Notes: generated by a model from the sequence alone, not told the origin. 64,000 nucleotides of DNA from an uncultured Desulfobulbus sp. (GCA_964639845.1 CAZXHS010000007.1:140940-204939); one strand, 5' to 3'; positions 31,449-42,133 are shown, counted from the first letter of the stretch. Numbers and translations: made by a program.

Positions 31449-32270
31449 TCAGGAAAGAGGCACTGGCCTCTGCGCGCGCCGTCGTCCGATCCACATCCCG
31501 ATACCCACCACCATCATACCGATGCACAACAATTGCCCCAGAGACAGGTGCAGGGCAATGAGTCCCAGTTGTGCATCCGGTTCGCGGAAGAATTCGACAA
31601 AGAACCGGCAACCACCGTACCCTGCCAAAAAGAGAGCGAGTAGGGTGCCGTGCGGCCACTGCCGGTTCTCGCTACGCCATGGTTTTGCCTTGAGGCTCCA
31701 TAGCACCGCAAAGAGAACGACTCCTTCAAGCATGGCCTCATAAAGTTGCGAGGGGTGGCGGGGCAGGGGACCACCTTCGGGAAAGACCATACCCCAGGCG
31801 CTGGTGGTGACACGACCGTACAATTCACCGTTGATGAAGTTGCCCAGGCGGCCAAAGAACAGACCGATGGGAACGGTGACAATGAACACATCGGCTGCAC
31901 GCCAAAAATCAAGGCTATGGCGCCGGCAATACCAGTAGCCTGCCAGTAGCGCCCCGACACAGCCTCCGTGAAAAGACATGCCGCCGGACCAGGTTGCAGG
32001 AATCTCCCAGGGGTTCGCCAGGTAATGGCTTGGATTGTACACCAGGACATAGCCAAGTCGCCCGCCAAGTACCACTCCCAGTATCAACCAGAGGTTGAGG
32101 TTGTCCAGGTGGTCAAGCAGTTGTTGCCAGACAAAGCGTTTGGCCTGCACCGTAACCAGCCAGTAGGCGGCTGTGAAGCCGATGACGTACATCAGCCCAT
32201 ACCAACGGATCTGCAATGGCCCCAGTGCCAGCAGCACCGGGTTGATATGAGGGAATTCGAGCATGGTCAT
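31449..32270 (-). CDS. lgt: Prolipoprotein diacylglyceryl transferase
   Basis: IRWYG, GGMSFHGG, GRLGNFINGELYGR and HPSQLYE. Confidence 0.97.
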   Translation of the reverse strand: MTMLEFPHINPVLLALGPLQIRWYGLMYVIGFTAAYWLVTVQAKRFVWQQLLDHLDNLNLWLILGVVLGGRLGYVLVYNPSHYLANPWEIPATWSGGMSFHGGCVGALLAGYWYCRRHSLDFWRAADVFIVTVPIGLFFGRLGNFINGELYGRVTTSAWGMVFPEGGPLPRHPSQLYEAMLEGVVLFAVLWSLKAKPWRSENRQWPHGTLLALFLAGYGGCRFFVEFFREPDAQLGLIALHLSLGQLLCIGMMVVGIGMWIGRRRAQRPVPLS

Positions 32271-34153
32271 CAGATGTGGCCGAGACGTTTGAGGTGTACC
32301 TGCAAGACGGAAAGCGCTGCCGGTGTGATGCCGGAGATGCGTGAGGCCTGCCCCAGGGAACGCGGTTGCACCTTGGTCAGTTTTTCCACCACCTCGTTGG
32401 ATAGTCCGGGAAGCCCTTTATAGACCAGATCAGCAGGCAACTCCATGCGTTCGAGTTTGCGAAAGCGACTGATCTGTTCTTCCTGCCGTTTGATATAGCC
32501 CTCATATTTAATCTGCAGCTCGATTTCATCGGCATAGGCCATGACCTCCTCGGTGAGGGGAGTTATGGCGTTGGTTTCCTGTGCCAGCAGGGCCAGGGTG
32601 GCCAGATTGATCTCCGGCCGCCGCAGTAGTTCAGCCAGGCTAAGAGCCTGGGTCAAAGCTGTTGATTGCTGGCGAACGAGAAATTCGTTGATGGCAGGTT
32701 GGGGCTTGATCCGTATTTCGTACAGGCTGTGCAGGGTATCGGTGATGCAGGCTGCCTTGTGTTGGTACGATTGCCAGGTCGGTGTATCGAGCAGGCCAAT
32801 GCGATGGCCGATTGCACGCAGGCGCAGGTCGGCGTTATCTTCTCGCAGCAGTAACCGGTATTCGGCGCGTGAGGTGAAGAGGCGATAGGGCTCCTTTGTG
32901 CCCAGGGTAACCAGATCATCTATAAGTACACCGAGATAGGCCTGGGAGCGGTCGAGGATCACCGGCGCCTCGCTGCGGACGTATTGCACGCTGTTGATGG
33001 CGGCCATCAAACCCTGGCCGGCCGCCTCCTCGTAGCCGGAAGTCCCATTGATCTGACCGGCCAGGAAGAGGCCAGCGACTTTTTTTGTTTCCAGCGAGGG
33101 GCTCAGTTCGCGGGGATCAACATAATCGTATTCGATGGCATAGCCAGGCCGAATAATGCGTGCCTGCTCCAAGCCTGGGATGGAATGCACCATGGCGATC
33201 TGGGTGGCCAGGGGCAAACTGGTGGGAATGCCATTGGGGTAGACCTCTATGGTATCCAGCCCCTCTGGCTCCAGAAAGATCTGGTGACGCGGCTTTTCCG
33301 GAAAGCGCATCACCTTGTCTTCGATGGATGGGCAGTAGCGTGCCCCCACCCCTTCGATGATGCCGGCATACATTGGCGATTGATCGATGGAACCACGAAT
33401 GATGGCGTGGGTACGTTCGTTGGTGTAGGTGATGTGGCAGGGGCGCTGCGGCAATGGCGGCGAACCGCTGGAGGAAAAGGAAAACATCGCCGGCAAGTCG
33501 TCGGTATACTGAGCCTCCAGTTGCGAGTAATCAATGGTGTTGCCATCCAATCGGGGGACAGTACCGGTTTTCATGCGGCCAACGGCAAAGCCGGTTTCAT
33601 AGAACCAACGGGCCAACGCAGTGGAAGGGGCATCGCCCATGCGGCCGGCCGGAAAATTCTTTAGCCCGATATGGATCAGGCCGTTGAGAAAAGTACCCGT
33701 GGCCACCACGATAGCCCGAACACTGACACGCTCGTCAAGTGAGGTGCGCAGGCCAACGACCCTACCATCCTCAACCAGGATCTCCTCCACCATGGCCTGG
33801 CGAATGGAGAGATTGGGTTGGTTCTCCAGGACATGTTTCATGCGCAGGCGATAGAGCAACCGGTCGGCTTGGGCCCGAGAGGAGCGGACGGCCGGCCCCT
33901 TGCTGGTGTTGAGGCGGCGGAACTGGATACCGGTGGCATCAATATTTTTGGCCATTTCACCGCCCAGTGCGTCGATTTCCTTGACCAGATGGCCCTTGGC
34001 CAGGCCGCCAATCGCCGGGTTACAGGACATGGCGCCGATGGTATCGGCATTGATGACGCACACCAGGGTGCGACAACCCATACGGGCGGCGGCCAAAGCG
34101 GCTTCGCAGCCGGCATGGCCGGCACCTATTACGGCAATATCAAAATCGGTCAT
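32270..34153 (-). CDS. mnmG: tRNA uridine-34 carboxymethylaminomethylation enzyme MnmG (GidA)
   Basis: [28 protein letters not shown] and [12 protein letters not shown]. Confidence 0.98.
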   Translation of the reverse strand: MTDFDIAVIGAGHAGCEAALAAARMGCRTLVCVINADTIGAMSCNPAIGGLAKGHLVKEIDALGGEMAKNIDATGIQFRRLNTSKGPAVRSSRAQADRLLYRLRMKHVLENQPNLSIRQAMVEEILVEDGRVVGLRTSLDERVSVRAIVVATGTFLNGLIHIGLKNFPAGRMGDAPSTALARWFYETGFAVGRMKTGTVPRLDGNTIDYSQLEAQYTDDLPAMFSFSSSGSPPLPQRPCHITYTNERTHAIIRGSIDQSPMYAGIIEGVGARYCPSIEDKVMRFPEKPRHQIFLEPEGLDTIEVYPNGIPTSLPLATQIAMVHSIPGLEQARIIRPGYAIEYDYVDPRELSPSLETKKVAGLFLAGQINGTSGYEEAAGQGLMAAINSVQYVRSEAPVILDRSQAYLGVLIDDLVTLGTKEPYRLFTSRAEYRLLLREDNADLRLRAIGHRIGLLDTPTWQSYQHKAACITDTLHSLYEIRIKPQPAINEFLVRQQSTALTQALSLAELLRRPEINLATLALLAQETNAITPLTEEVMAYADEIELQIKYEGYIKRQEEQISRFRKLERMELPADLVYKGLPGLSNEVVEKLTKVQPRSLGQASRISGITPAALSVLQVHLKRLGHI

Positions 34154-34387
34154 GGTAATGGCGGGTAGGGAAAACGTTGGAAAGTTACATGGCTTACACT
34201 GATTGGCCCCTGATGGTGCGCCATACTATACGATCTCCCGACAGGAAGCAACCATGGGCTGCGCCGAGAAGCGCAATGGCGGTGTCTCTAGTGGGGCCAA
34301 CCGACGCAAAGCTGTACTCTTATTTTGGAAGGGGCCAGGGTAAAAGGGGATTGGTCTGTGGAAACTGGTCAATGGTGGGGAAATAAT

Positions 34388-34417
34388 TTGACAGAAATGC
34401 GTTGCTATGATTAAAAT
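34388..34417 (+). promoter_or_regulatory. Putative sigma70 promoter of the rpmH operon
   Basis: TTGACA at 34388, 18-nt spacer, TAAAAT at 34412. Confidence 0.45.
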
Positions 34418-34599
34418 AGCCGTCTTTTTATCAGTGGCAACAGGCTTTGGCCGTGGTGCCCCACAGTTATGCCCTCTTCGATAGCCGCCCCCCCCTGAAA
34501 AAGGCCATCGCATCCTGGTAAGAAAAGAAAGATGAGTCAAGCAAGAGGGCCAACCACCAGTCTTTTTACCCGAGATTATTGACATAAAGGAAACAGATT

Positions 34600-34737
34600 A
34601 TGAGCAAAAGAACTTTTCAGCCCAGTGTCATCAAACGCGCCCGCACCCACGGATTCCTCGTGCGTATGAAAACCAAAAACGGTCAAGCTGTGATTAGACG
34701 GCGGCGCGCCAAGGGACGCAAGCAACTGTCTGCTTGA
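34600..34737 (+). CDS. rpmH: 50S ribosomal protein L34 (absent from the ORF track)
   Basis: Translates to [53 protein letters not shown]. Confidence 0.97.
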   Translation: MSKRTFQPSVIKRARTHGFLVRMKTKNGQAVIRRRRAKGRKQLSA

Positions 34738-35108
34738 GCCAATTGCATCGGTTGACTCTCCCCAAAAAGTTGTTGCTTCGCAATAATGGGGAGTTTCAGT
34801 GCGTCTACCGTGCAGGAGCGCGATTGCGCGGCAAGGGGTTTGCGATAATTTATCTCGCCAACACCTTGCCATGGAGTCGTTTGGGGGTCAGTGTCCCTCG
34901 TAAGGTTGGCAATGCGGTGCGACGGAACCGGATCAAGCGGTTATTGCGCGAGAGTTTTCGACTCCACAGCGAGCATTTTCCCGCCAACAGCGATATCGTC
35001 ATCACTGTCCGGCCGGATTTCTCCTTCCCTAATCAGGCTACACTGCTCAACGCACTGTTTGAGGTCACCCGCCCGGTGGTGCAGGTACAGGGAAATGTCC
35101 TTGCTTGA
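34734..35108 (+). CDS. rnpA: Ribonuclease P protein component
   Basis: [28 protein letters not shown] motif. Confidence 0.95.
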   Translation: MSQLHRLTLPKKLLLRNNGEFQCVYRAGARLRGKGFAIIYLANTLPWSRLGVSVPRKVGNAVRRNRIKRLLRESFRLHSEHFPANSDIVITVRPDFSFPNQATLLNALFEVTRPVVQVQGNVLA

Positions 35109-35376
35109 TCCGCACACATTCAACTCCAAGGCTGCACAACGGGAACGGTTTTCCTGGCGTACCTTACCCAAGGTCTGCCTGGTCGCTTTTTTCAAGGGAT
35201 ACCAGCTCCTTATCTCTCCTCTTTTTCCTCCTGTGTGCCGTTATATTCCCTCCTGTTCCCAATACGCCATCGAGGCGGTGAGCAGGTACGGTGTTCTCCG
35301 TGGTGGGGGGATGGCCATCTGGCGTATTTTACGATGTCATCCCTTCGCTCGAGGTGGCTACGATCCGGTCAAATGA
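35095..35376 (+). CDS. yidD: Membrane protein insertion efficiency factor YidD
   Basis: [17 protein letters not shown]...RCHPF..GGYDPV. Confidence 0.93.
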   Translation: MSLLDPHTFNSKAAQRERFSWRTLPKVCLVAFFKGYQLLISPLFPPVCRYIPSCSQYAIEAVSRYGVLRGGGMAIWRILRCHPFARGGYDPVK

Positions 35377-35437
35377 AATCGCAGCCCTATCAAATTTTGC
35401 GTATATGCCTCTGTTGAGGCCTTCTTAGGTAGATACC

Positions 35438-37066
35438 ATGGATCTTCAAAGAGCCTTTCTGGCCATTGTCCTCTCGTTTCTCATCCTCGTCGGGTACCAG
35501 TATTTTTTTGTAAAACCCGTACCGCCCGCGCCGCAATCCCCGGTGCAAACCGAGCAGGAGGCCGCTCAGAAACCTCTCTCTGCCCCAGTCCCGGCAACTG
35601 CGGCAACACCTGTGGTGGCCGCCGACCCTAGCGCACGCGATATCACGGTGGACACGCCGATGTACACGGCAGTGTTCAATGAACAGGGTGGCGGCATCAA
35701 AAGCCTGGTGCTCAAAAACTACCGCACCGCACTGGATACGAATTCCGGGCCAATGCAATTGGTTCGCGCTCAGCAGCCGACAGAATTTCCGGTCTTGTTC
35801 TCCTTGGATAACGGTGCCGGTGCTGCGCTGCCCCTCTTCAAGGCCGACAAAACCAACCTCACCCTTGCCCAGGGTGCCGGAAACGGCAGCCTGACCATGC
35901 GGGCCACCAGCCCTGAAGGGATTGTCATTCAGCGTACTTTAACCTTCCGGAGCGACAGCTATCTGATTGATATCAGTTATGCACTGGAGAATAAAACCGG
36001 TCGCGGCGTCCAGGTTTCACCCGCGCTTTCCCTGGCCAGCGATCCCTTTCCTCACGCCAATCAGAGCAGCCAGTACCTGTTTGCCGGGCCAGCGGCCTAT
36101 GCCAATGGCGGACTGGTCGAAACCAAAACAAAAAAAATAGCGGAAGCTCCGGTGGTGCTGCAGGGCCGCATCAGTTGGAGCGGCTATGTGGATAATTATT
36201 TCATGGCCGCCGTGGCTCCTGTGTCGCCCAATGCCCACACCGTGACCATGCAGGGGACGGAAAAGCAGGTGCGGACGGTGATCTCCGAGGGCCTCTTCTC
36301 CTTGGCGAATGGCGAAAGCAAGTCCTTTGAGTATTCTCTCTATTTCGGGCCCAAAAAACTCAAAATGCTTGAGCCCGCTGGGCACGACTTCGCCGGCGCG
36401 ATCAATTTCGGCTGGTTCGATCTGCTGGCCAAACCGATGCTGTGGCTGCTGAATTTTTTCCATCAGTTCAGCGGTAACTATGGCGTGGCCATAATCCTGC
36501 TGACCGTGCTCATCAAGCTCGCCTTCTGGCCGATTACCCAGAAGGGAATGAAATCGATGAAGAACATGCAGAAGCTGCAACCCAAAATCGCCAAGCTGCG
36601 CGAGCGGTTCAAGGACGATCCGGCGATGATGAATCAGGAAATGATGGCCCTCTACAAGACCTACAAGGTCAACCCTGTGGGCGGCTGTCTGCCAATGCTG
36701 ATTCAGATTCCCTTCTTCTTTGCCTTGTATCGGGTGTTGATGGCCTCCATCGAGTTGCGCCATGCTCCGTTTATGCTATGGATCAACGATCTTTCCGCGC
36801 CTGATCGCCTGTGGATCGGTTTTGATCTGCCCTATCTGCACGGTATTCCAGTGCTGACGCTGTTGATGGGCGCCTCAATGTATTTGCAGCAAAAGATGAC
36901 GCCGACCACGGCCGATCCGACCCAGGCCAAGATCATGCAATTTTTGCCGGTCGTTTTCACCTTCATGTTTCTGAATTTTGCCTCCGGCCTTGTCCTTTAC
37001 TGGTTCGTCAACAACCTGTTGTCCATTTTGCAGCAGTACCTCATCAACCGGCAGAATAAGGCCTGA
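35438..37066 (+). CDS. yidC: Membrane protein insertase YidC
   Basis: FGPK, GWF, GGCLPMLIQIP and WINDLSAPD. Confidence 0.97.
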   Translation: MDLQRAFLAIVLSFLILVGYQYFFVKPVPPAPQSPVQTEQEAAQKPLSAPVPATAATPVVAADPSARDITVDTPMYTAVFNEQGGGIKSLVLKNYRTALDTNSGPMQLVRAQQPTEFPVLFSLDNGAGAALPLFKADKTNLTLAQGAGNGSLTMRATSPEGIVIQRTLTFRSDSYLIDISYALENKTGRGVQVSPALSLASDPFPHANQSSQYLFAGPAAYANGGLVETKTKKIAEAPVVLQGRISWSGYVDNYFMAAVAPVSPNAHTVTMQGTEKQVRTVISEGLFSLANGESKSFEYSLYFGPKKLKMLEPAGHDFAGAINFGWFDLLAKPMLWLLNFFHQFSGNYGVAIILLTVLIKLAFWPITQKGMKSMKNMQKLQPKIAKLRERFKDDPAMMNQEMMALYKTYKVNPVGGCLPMLIQIPFFFALYRVLMASIELRHAPFMLWINDLSAPDRLWIGFDLPYLHGIPVLTLLMGASMYLQQKMTPTTADPTQAKIMQFLPVVFTFMFLNFASGLVLYWFVNNLLSILQQYLINRQNKA

Positions 37067-37081
37067 AACTCGAACGTCACT

Positions 37082-38026
37082 GTGGCAACCATGGGAAAAG
37101 GAAAGGATTTTTACGGAAAAGACATTGCTGGCGTGATCGAGCAGGCCTGTAAGGAGCTTGGTGCCTCTCGCGAAGACCTCGCCATCGAGGTGATCGAGAC
37201 CGGGTCTGCCGGTATCTTTGGTCTGTGTAAAAAAAAGGCACATATCCGCGTGCAGCGTAAACAGCAGCTGGCTGCGGAACCGGTGGGCACAGAGGAGATC
37301 GTTGCGGAGACACCGCCAGCAGCGGTCGCCGAACCGAGCTGCGATGGGCTGGTGGAGGCGGAAGCCTCCCAAACTTCGTCCTTAAGCTCAAACCCGGTGG
37401 AAGCCGTTGAACCGGTGGAGGAGCCGGCCCCTGGTTTGGCGGAGGTGGAAGAGGTGGAAGCCACCGCCGAGATAGAACGGGTCGAAGAGGTGGTTGTCCT
37501 GGAACCGCCCTCAGCAGAGGCTCTGGAGGCCATCCGCACTGACCTGGGCCGCTTGCTCACCCTGATGGGACTTTCTTCAGAAGTTGCCATTCAGTATGAG
37601 GATAATGCCGTGCTCTGTACCATCACCGGAGAGCATGAAGAGCATATCGTTGGTCCCGAAGGGCGGACTCTCGACAGCCTGCAATATCTACTACGCAAGA
37701 TGGTCGCCCCTCACCTGCCTGATCGCATCATGCTGGCCCTCAATGCCGGCAATTTTCGTGAACGTCGTGCTGAGGAGTTGAAGGTTCGCGCTGTAGAACT
37801 GGCGGAATTGGTCAAGGCCGACGGCAAGACCCAATCTATTCCTGCTCTCAATCCTTCGGAACGCCGGGTTGTCCACATGGTGTTACAGGAGGACAAGGGG
37901 GTGCGCAGCCGCTCCGTAGGCGAGGGACTGTTCAAGAAGGTGCTGATTTATAAGCCTGGCAAAGGACGCCGTCCCGCCCCCAAAAAGAAACGTGGAGGTC
38001 AAGGTGGCCGACCATCCGGCGACTGA
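37082..38026 (+). CDS. jag: Jag/EloR RNA-binding protein (KH + R3H)
   Basis: Jag_N, VGPEGRTLDSLQY KH and ERRVVH R3H; start uncertain (37082 or 37091). Confidence 0.9.
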   Translation: MATMGKGKDFYGKDIAGVIEQACKELGASREDLAIEVIETGSAGIFGLCKKKAHIRVQRKQQLAAEPVGTEEIVAETPPAAVAEPSCDGLVEAEASQTSSLSSNPVEAVEPVEEPAPGLAEVEEVEATAEIERVEEVVVLEPPSAEALEAIRTDLGRLLTLMGLSSEVAIQYEDNAVLCTITGEHEEHIVGPEGRTLDSLQYLLRKMVAPHLPDRIMLALNAGNFRERRAEELKVRAVELAELVKADGKTQSIPALNPSERRVVHMVLQEDKGVRSRSVGEGLFKKVLIYKPGKGRRPAPKKKRGGQGGRPSGD

Positions 38027-39395
38027 CACCATTGCCGCCATCGCCACCGCCCCCGGCACAGGGGGGATCGGCATCATTCGCCTCTCCGGTGCAGATGCCC
38101 ATTCACTCCTGTGCAAACACTTTCTTCCCCGCCATCCTCCCGCTACCTATATCAGTCACCGCCTCTATTATGGCTCGGTAATCTCTGCCCAGCGACACGT
38201 GTTGGACGAGGCCATGGCGGTGTATATGCGTGCCCCGCACACCTACACCCGCGAGGATGTGGTGGAATTTCATTGCCACGGTTCCTATGTGGTGTTGCAG
38301 GCCGTGTTGCGGACTTTACTGGAATCCGGGGCGCGGGGCGCGGAGCCCGGCGAGTTCACGAAACGGGCCTTTCTGGCCGGCAGGATCGATCTGACCCGCG
38401 CCGAGGCCGTGGTTGAGCTCCTGCAAGCACAGACGGAAAAAAGTGCTCAGCTGGCCGTCCACCAGTTGCGTGGCGATCTGCATGAACACCTAGCATCCAT
38501 TCGCATGGCGTTGATTCATATCCTCGCCCTGCTGGAAGTGGCCATCGATTTTCCGGATGACGATGTGGAAATCGTCCAGTACGACGAGGTGCTGGCAGGG
38601 TTGCAGGCACAAATCATTGCGCCGCTACAGCAGTTGTTGGCCATGGCCGACCAGGGGCGAATTATTCGCGATGGCATGAGTGTCGTCCTGGCCGGCCTGC
38701 CCAACGTGGGAAAGTCCAGCCTGCTCAACACCCTGTTGCAGGAGGAACGCGCCTTAGTTACGCCGCTGCCTGGGACCACGCGCGATACCATCGAAGAACG
38801 ATGTATCTTGCACGGAATTCCGGTGCATCTCATCGACACCGCCGGCATTCGGCCCCATGAAGATCCGGTCGAGGCTCTGGGGATCGAACGTGCCAGGAAA
38901 AAGGTGCAGTTTGCTGATTTGGTGCTTTTTTTGGTGGATGCCCAAGTCGGAATGGGCGAGGCCGAGCGAGAACTCTATGCCGGTTTGCGTGACAAAGCGC
39001 ATCTCGTGGTGCTCAACAAGCGTGATCTGGCAACCCCGGAATTCCTCGATGAACTGCGTCGTCATTTTTCCGGGGCACCTGTGGTGGCCATCTCTGCCAA
39101 GCACCAGCAAGGTATCGAAGAGCTGCAAGCCGCGATTTATGCCCAAGTCGTTGGTGATGGGGCCGAACTCTGCGAGCAGATGACCTGCGCCCCCAACACC
39201 CGCCACCGGGCCATTCTGGCCAAAACCCTGCAAGCCTGTACCAGCCTGGAGGCGTCCATGCGGCAGGGGGCGCCGGTCGATCTCTTAGCCGTCGAAGTGC
39301 AGTCTGCGCTTGATTATTTGGGGGATATTACCGGGCTGACCACTGCCGATGAGGTGTTAGATCTGGTATTCAGCCAGTTTTGTATTGGCAAGTGA
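37992..39395 (+). CDS. mnmE: tRNA modification GTPase MnmE (TrmE)
   Basis: DTIAAIAT, GLPNVGKSS, GTTRD, DTAG and FCIGK. Confidence 0.97.
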   Translation: MEVKVADHPATDTIAAIATAPGTGGIGIIRLSGADAHSLLCKHFLPRHPPATYISHRLYYGSVISAQRHVLDEAMAVYMRAPHTYTREDVVEFHCHGSYVVLQAVLRTLLESGARGAEPGEFTKRAFLAGRIDLTRAEAVVELLQAQTEKSAQLAVHQLRGDLHEHLASIRMALIHILALLEVAIDFPDDDVEIVQYDEVLAGLQAQIIAPLQQLLAMADQGRIIRDGMSVVLAGLPNVGKSSLLNTLLQEERALVTPLPGTTRDTIEERCILHGIPVHLIDTAGIRPHEDPVEALGIERARKKVQFADLVLFLVDAQVGMGEAERELYAGLRDKAHLVVLNKRDLATPEFLDELRRHFSGAPVVAISAKHQQGIEELQAAIYAQVVGDGAELCEQMTCAPNTRHRAILAKTLQACTSLEASMRQGAPVDLLAVEVQSALDYLGDITGLTTADEVLDLVFSQFCIGK

Positions 39396-39458
39396 TCAAA
39401 ATATCGACTGTTGCAACCGCGTGTATGCCACTCAGGCTGCTGACGCTATCGGAAGGGC

Positions 39459-39496
39459 AAAAAAACCCCCGTGCGACCTTGCAGATCGGCGGGGGT
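39459..39496 (-). terminator. Intrinsic terminator (minus strand)
   Basis: ACCCCCG...CGGGGGT stem followed by a T-run on the minus strand. Confidence 0.65.
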
Positions 39497-39538
39497 GGCA
39501 CTGTCCGGTTGCGGCAACAGTGAAAAGGGGGGTGCTGC

Positions 39539-40087
39539 TTAACCCGGGAAACTGTCGATAAAAAGTTGGTTGATGGCGGCGATACCGTCATCGCTGAGGT
39601 AGCGAGTTCCGGAGCCGACAAAGGTGTTGTAGGTGATGCGGGGGCTGTCCTCTTTCCAGGCCCCTTCCTTCCAGCTGAACCACTGGCAGCGCGTCTGGTC
39701 GTAGACATGCAGCGGCCGGTTGAACAACTTGGCTAGTTCCACGGCCCAACCAGTACCGCCCTTGACCGAGTTATCCTCCAGGATGGTGCCCACCACAAAA
39801 ACCTGGTGTCCTTTGTTGACCATATGGAAGATGGACTGCAACACACGGCGGATTTTTTCGGTTTCGTAATAGGTGCGGTTCATCATGCGTGAGGCGAGTT
39901 CCATACTGATGTCACCGCGCATCAGATCATCTTCGCTCAAGGTAATCGTGTTTTTGTCGCGATTGAGCCGGTGTCCCTCAAAGGTGAACACCACCTCCTG
40001 AACCCCATATTTTTCCGCATTTTCGCCAAAAAGGGTTTCCGCACCCTTCAAACCGCCGTGATACAACGTGCAGTCCTGTGCATTCAT
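39539..40087 (-). CDS. Conserved hypothetical protein, possible SLOG/Rossmann-like nucleotide-binding fold
   Basis: HGGLKGAE and GGTGWAVELAK glycine motifs; clean ORF with normal codon usage. Confidence 0.6.
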   Translation of the reverse strand: MNAQDCTLYHGGLKGAETLFGENAEKYGVQEVVFTFEGHRLNRDKNTITLSEDDLMRGDISMELASRMMNRTYYETEKIRRVLQSIFHMVNKGHQVFVVGTILEDNSVKGGTGWAVELAKLFNRPLHVYDQTRCQWFSWKEGAWKEDSPRITYNTFVGSGTRYLSDDGIAAINQLFIDSFPG

Positions 40088-40179
40088 AAGTTCTTCATCC
40101 TGTGGTATTGGTGCTGGTCGATGAAGGTCGGCACCGGAATTTTGCTGGAGATGTCCGGTGTAACCTGTTGGAAGCGCAT

Positions 40180-41133
40180 TTATTTTGCAGCTTTGAAAAA
40201 AACCCGGCGGGGAGCCGGGAGTCCCTCTATAGTAAGCGCAGGATTATCCTTGTCAATAAAATCTTGGTAGGATTCAAAATCCATCCATGGGGTGCGGCGT
40301 TGTTCGGCATTGCTCATCGGATGCTGGCAAAAGCAACGAATGTCACGGAAACCGGCCCGCTCCAGCCAGTGATGCAAACAGGTCGCCGTGGGCACGAACC
40401 AGGTGCCCGGCACCTTGGCATAGGTCTTCGCCGGAAAAAGCGCTACTGGATCATCGCCGGGTATGGCTTGCGACTCCAGGACCAGCACGCCACCGGGTTG
40501 CAGGGCGGTGAACAGCTCCTGTAGGGCATGGATGGGTGAGGGGCGGTGATACAGGATGCCCATGCAGAAAATGACATCGAAGCACCCGGCAAACAGGGGC
40601 AGATGTTCGATGCCGAGCAACTCGGCCCCCAGTTGCTCTTGAGCCGCGAAGGTGTTGAGCAGGTGGAAGGTGAAGTAGTGGTGGACATAGGGCTCGAAAC
40701 CCAGCACAAATTCCGGTTGATGCGGCAGCATGCGGAACATGTAATAACCGTTGTTGCAGCCGATGTCGGCCACCAACTTGCCCTTCAGGTCAGGGAGTTC
40801 CGGGACGATTCGATTCCATTTGCGCTCGCTGCGCCATTCGGCGTCGATGTCGATGCCAAACACCGAAAACGGCCCCTTGCGCCAAGGCATCAGGCCGCGC
40901 AACACTTGCAGGAGATGCTGTTGCTCCTCAGCGGTGAGTTCATCGGCTCCGCCGATACGCACCACATCGCCGGTGAAATCGCAGGAAAGTGCGCGCAGGT
41001 GTGCTAACTCTTGCAGGGGCTGCCGATAGCGCAAAAAGCCTTTCTTCTCCTGGTTGATCCAGGCCTGCTTCTCAGCCAGTAGCTGGAGCAGCCGATCACG
41101 GTCGGCGTGGGGAAAGCGGTCGAGTAAATCCAT
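40180..41133 (-). CDS. cmoB: tRNA U34 carboxymethyltransferase CmoB
   Basis: PWRKGPF, IDAEWRS, DIGCNNGY and GILYHR; paired with cmoA. Confidence 0.93.
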   Translation of the reverse strand: MDLLDRFPHADRDRLLQLLAEKQAWINQEKKGFLRYRQPLQELAHLRALSCDFTGDVVRIGGADELTAEEQQHLLQVLRGLMPWRKGPFSVFGIDIDAEWRSERKWNRIVPELPDLKGKLVADIGCNNGYYMFRMLPHQPEFVLGFEPYVHHYFTFHLLNTFAAQEQLGAELLGIEHLPLFAGCFDVIFCMGILYHRPSPIHALQELFTALQPGGVLVLESQAIPGDDPVALFPAKTYAKVPGTWFVPTATCLHHWLERAGFRDIRCFCQHPMSNAEQRRTPWMDFESYQDFIDKDNPALTIEGLPAPRRVFFKAAK

Positions 41134-41136
41134 GGC

Positions 41137-41871
41137 TCAACCCTTGATGGCCACCAGGGCCGTAAAGTTGAACCACTTGAAATAGGGCTCAACCTCGACA
41201 AAACCGGCTTCGCGCAGCAGGGCGATGTTTTCCTCCAGGGAGAAGGGGATGAGTACATTTTCCAGGGCTTCCCGTTTGGCGGCGATCTCCAGCTCGGAGT
41301 AGCCCTGCTGCCGTTTGAAGGTATGATAGATATCGATAAAGTCGCGGTTGAGGCGTTTGGCGTGGGAAATGGTCTTTTCGCTGAGAAAGAACAGGCCGTC
41401 CTCGGGCAGGGCGGCGTGGATGCGTTGCACGAAGCTCAAGCGTGTCAGTGGCCGCAGAAACTGCATGGTGTAGTTGCAGATCACTGCGGCGGCCTGGGGC
41501 AGGGCGCAGGTGGTAATATCCTCCTCGCGGAAGGTGAGGAGATCACCCTTGCCAAACATGGTACTTTTCTTTCGTGCCTTGTCGAGCATGGCCGGGGCAT
41601 TATCGACACCGACAAAACGATATCGGCCGGCGGGCATGCGGCGGCTGAGTTCGAGCAGGGCCGTGCCGGTGGAACAGCCAAGGTCGTAGAGCGTGGTCCC
41701 GTGAGGTGAGCGGCAATCCAGCAACTGCGCCATGCCTTCAATAACGCCACGGTAGTGAGGGATGGAGCGGCTGAGCATGTCGTCGAAGACTTCAGCGACG
41801 CGGTCGTTAAAGGTGAAATCTTCATCGACCTTACCCTCTGTGTAGATTCTGTCCTCGGGCATGGTGAACAA
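41137..41871 (-). CDS. cmoA: Carboxy-SAM synthase CmoA
   Basis: FDDMLSRSIPHY, YDLGCSTG and GYSELEIAAKREALENVL; start may be 41862. Confidence 0.93.
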   Translation of the reverse strand: MFTMPEDRIYTEGKVDEDFTFNDRVAEVFDDMLSRSIPHYRGVIEGMAQLLDCRSPHGTTLYDLGCSTGTALLELSRRMPAGRYRFVGVDNAPAMLDKARKKSTMFGKGDLLTFREEDITTCALPQAAAVICNYTMQFLRPLTRLSFVQRIHAALPEDGLFFLSEKTISHAKRLNRDFIDIYHTFKRQQGYSELEIAAKREALENVLIPFSLEENIALLREAGFVEVEPYFKWFNFTALVAIKG

Positions 41872-42133
41872 CGTACTTATTCTTTTGATAAATTTTTAAA
41901 AGATACTTGCGCCGATCCGTCTTGGCGCGGTATATAGCGCTGGAATTTGGTCTTTGTCCTTACCATGGTGCGACCCGCTTGGGGTAGCAAAAAGAAGGCT
42001 TCCTTGTGCGGGCAGCCACGGTGTTCCGGGTGCAACTGAATTTTGGGATCCCCAGCAGCCCCCCGAGCGATGTGAAACAGCCCTTGATCCCCAGCAAACC
42101 CATAAACTCACGTCACAGGTTGAGGAGGAGTAC

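Noticed and set aside
34290..34320. c-di-GMP-I riboswitch suggested by GACGCAAAGC
   Set aside because: The preceding GGCAAA/GNRA hairpin and the P3 stem are missing.
34154..34599. oriC in the mnmG-rpmH spacer
   Set aside because: Only degenerate boxes (e.g. TGTGGAAAC) are present, with no box cluster, no clear unwinding element and no dnaA.
36187..36195. Perfect DnaA box TGTGGATAA
   Set aside because: It is isolated inside yidC and explained by the Y-V-D-N codons.
42020..42080. Cobalamin riboswitch resemblance (GGTGCAA...GCAGCCCCC...TGTGA)
   Set aside because: It lacks the AGGGAA and B12-box elements, and the downstream gene is not B12-related.
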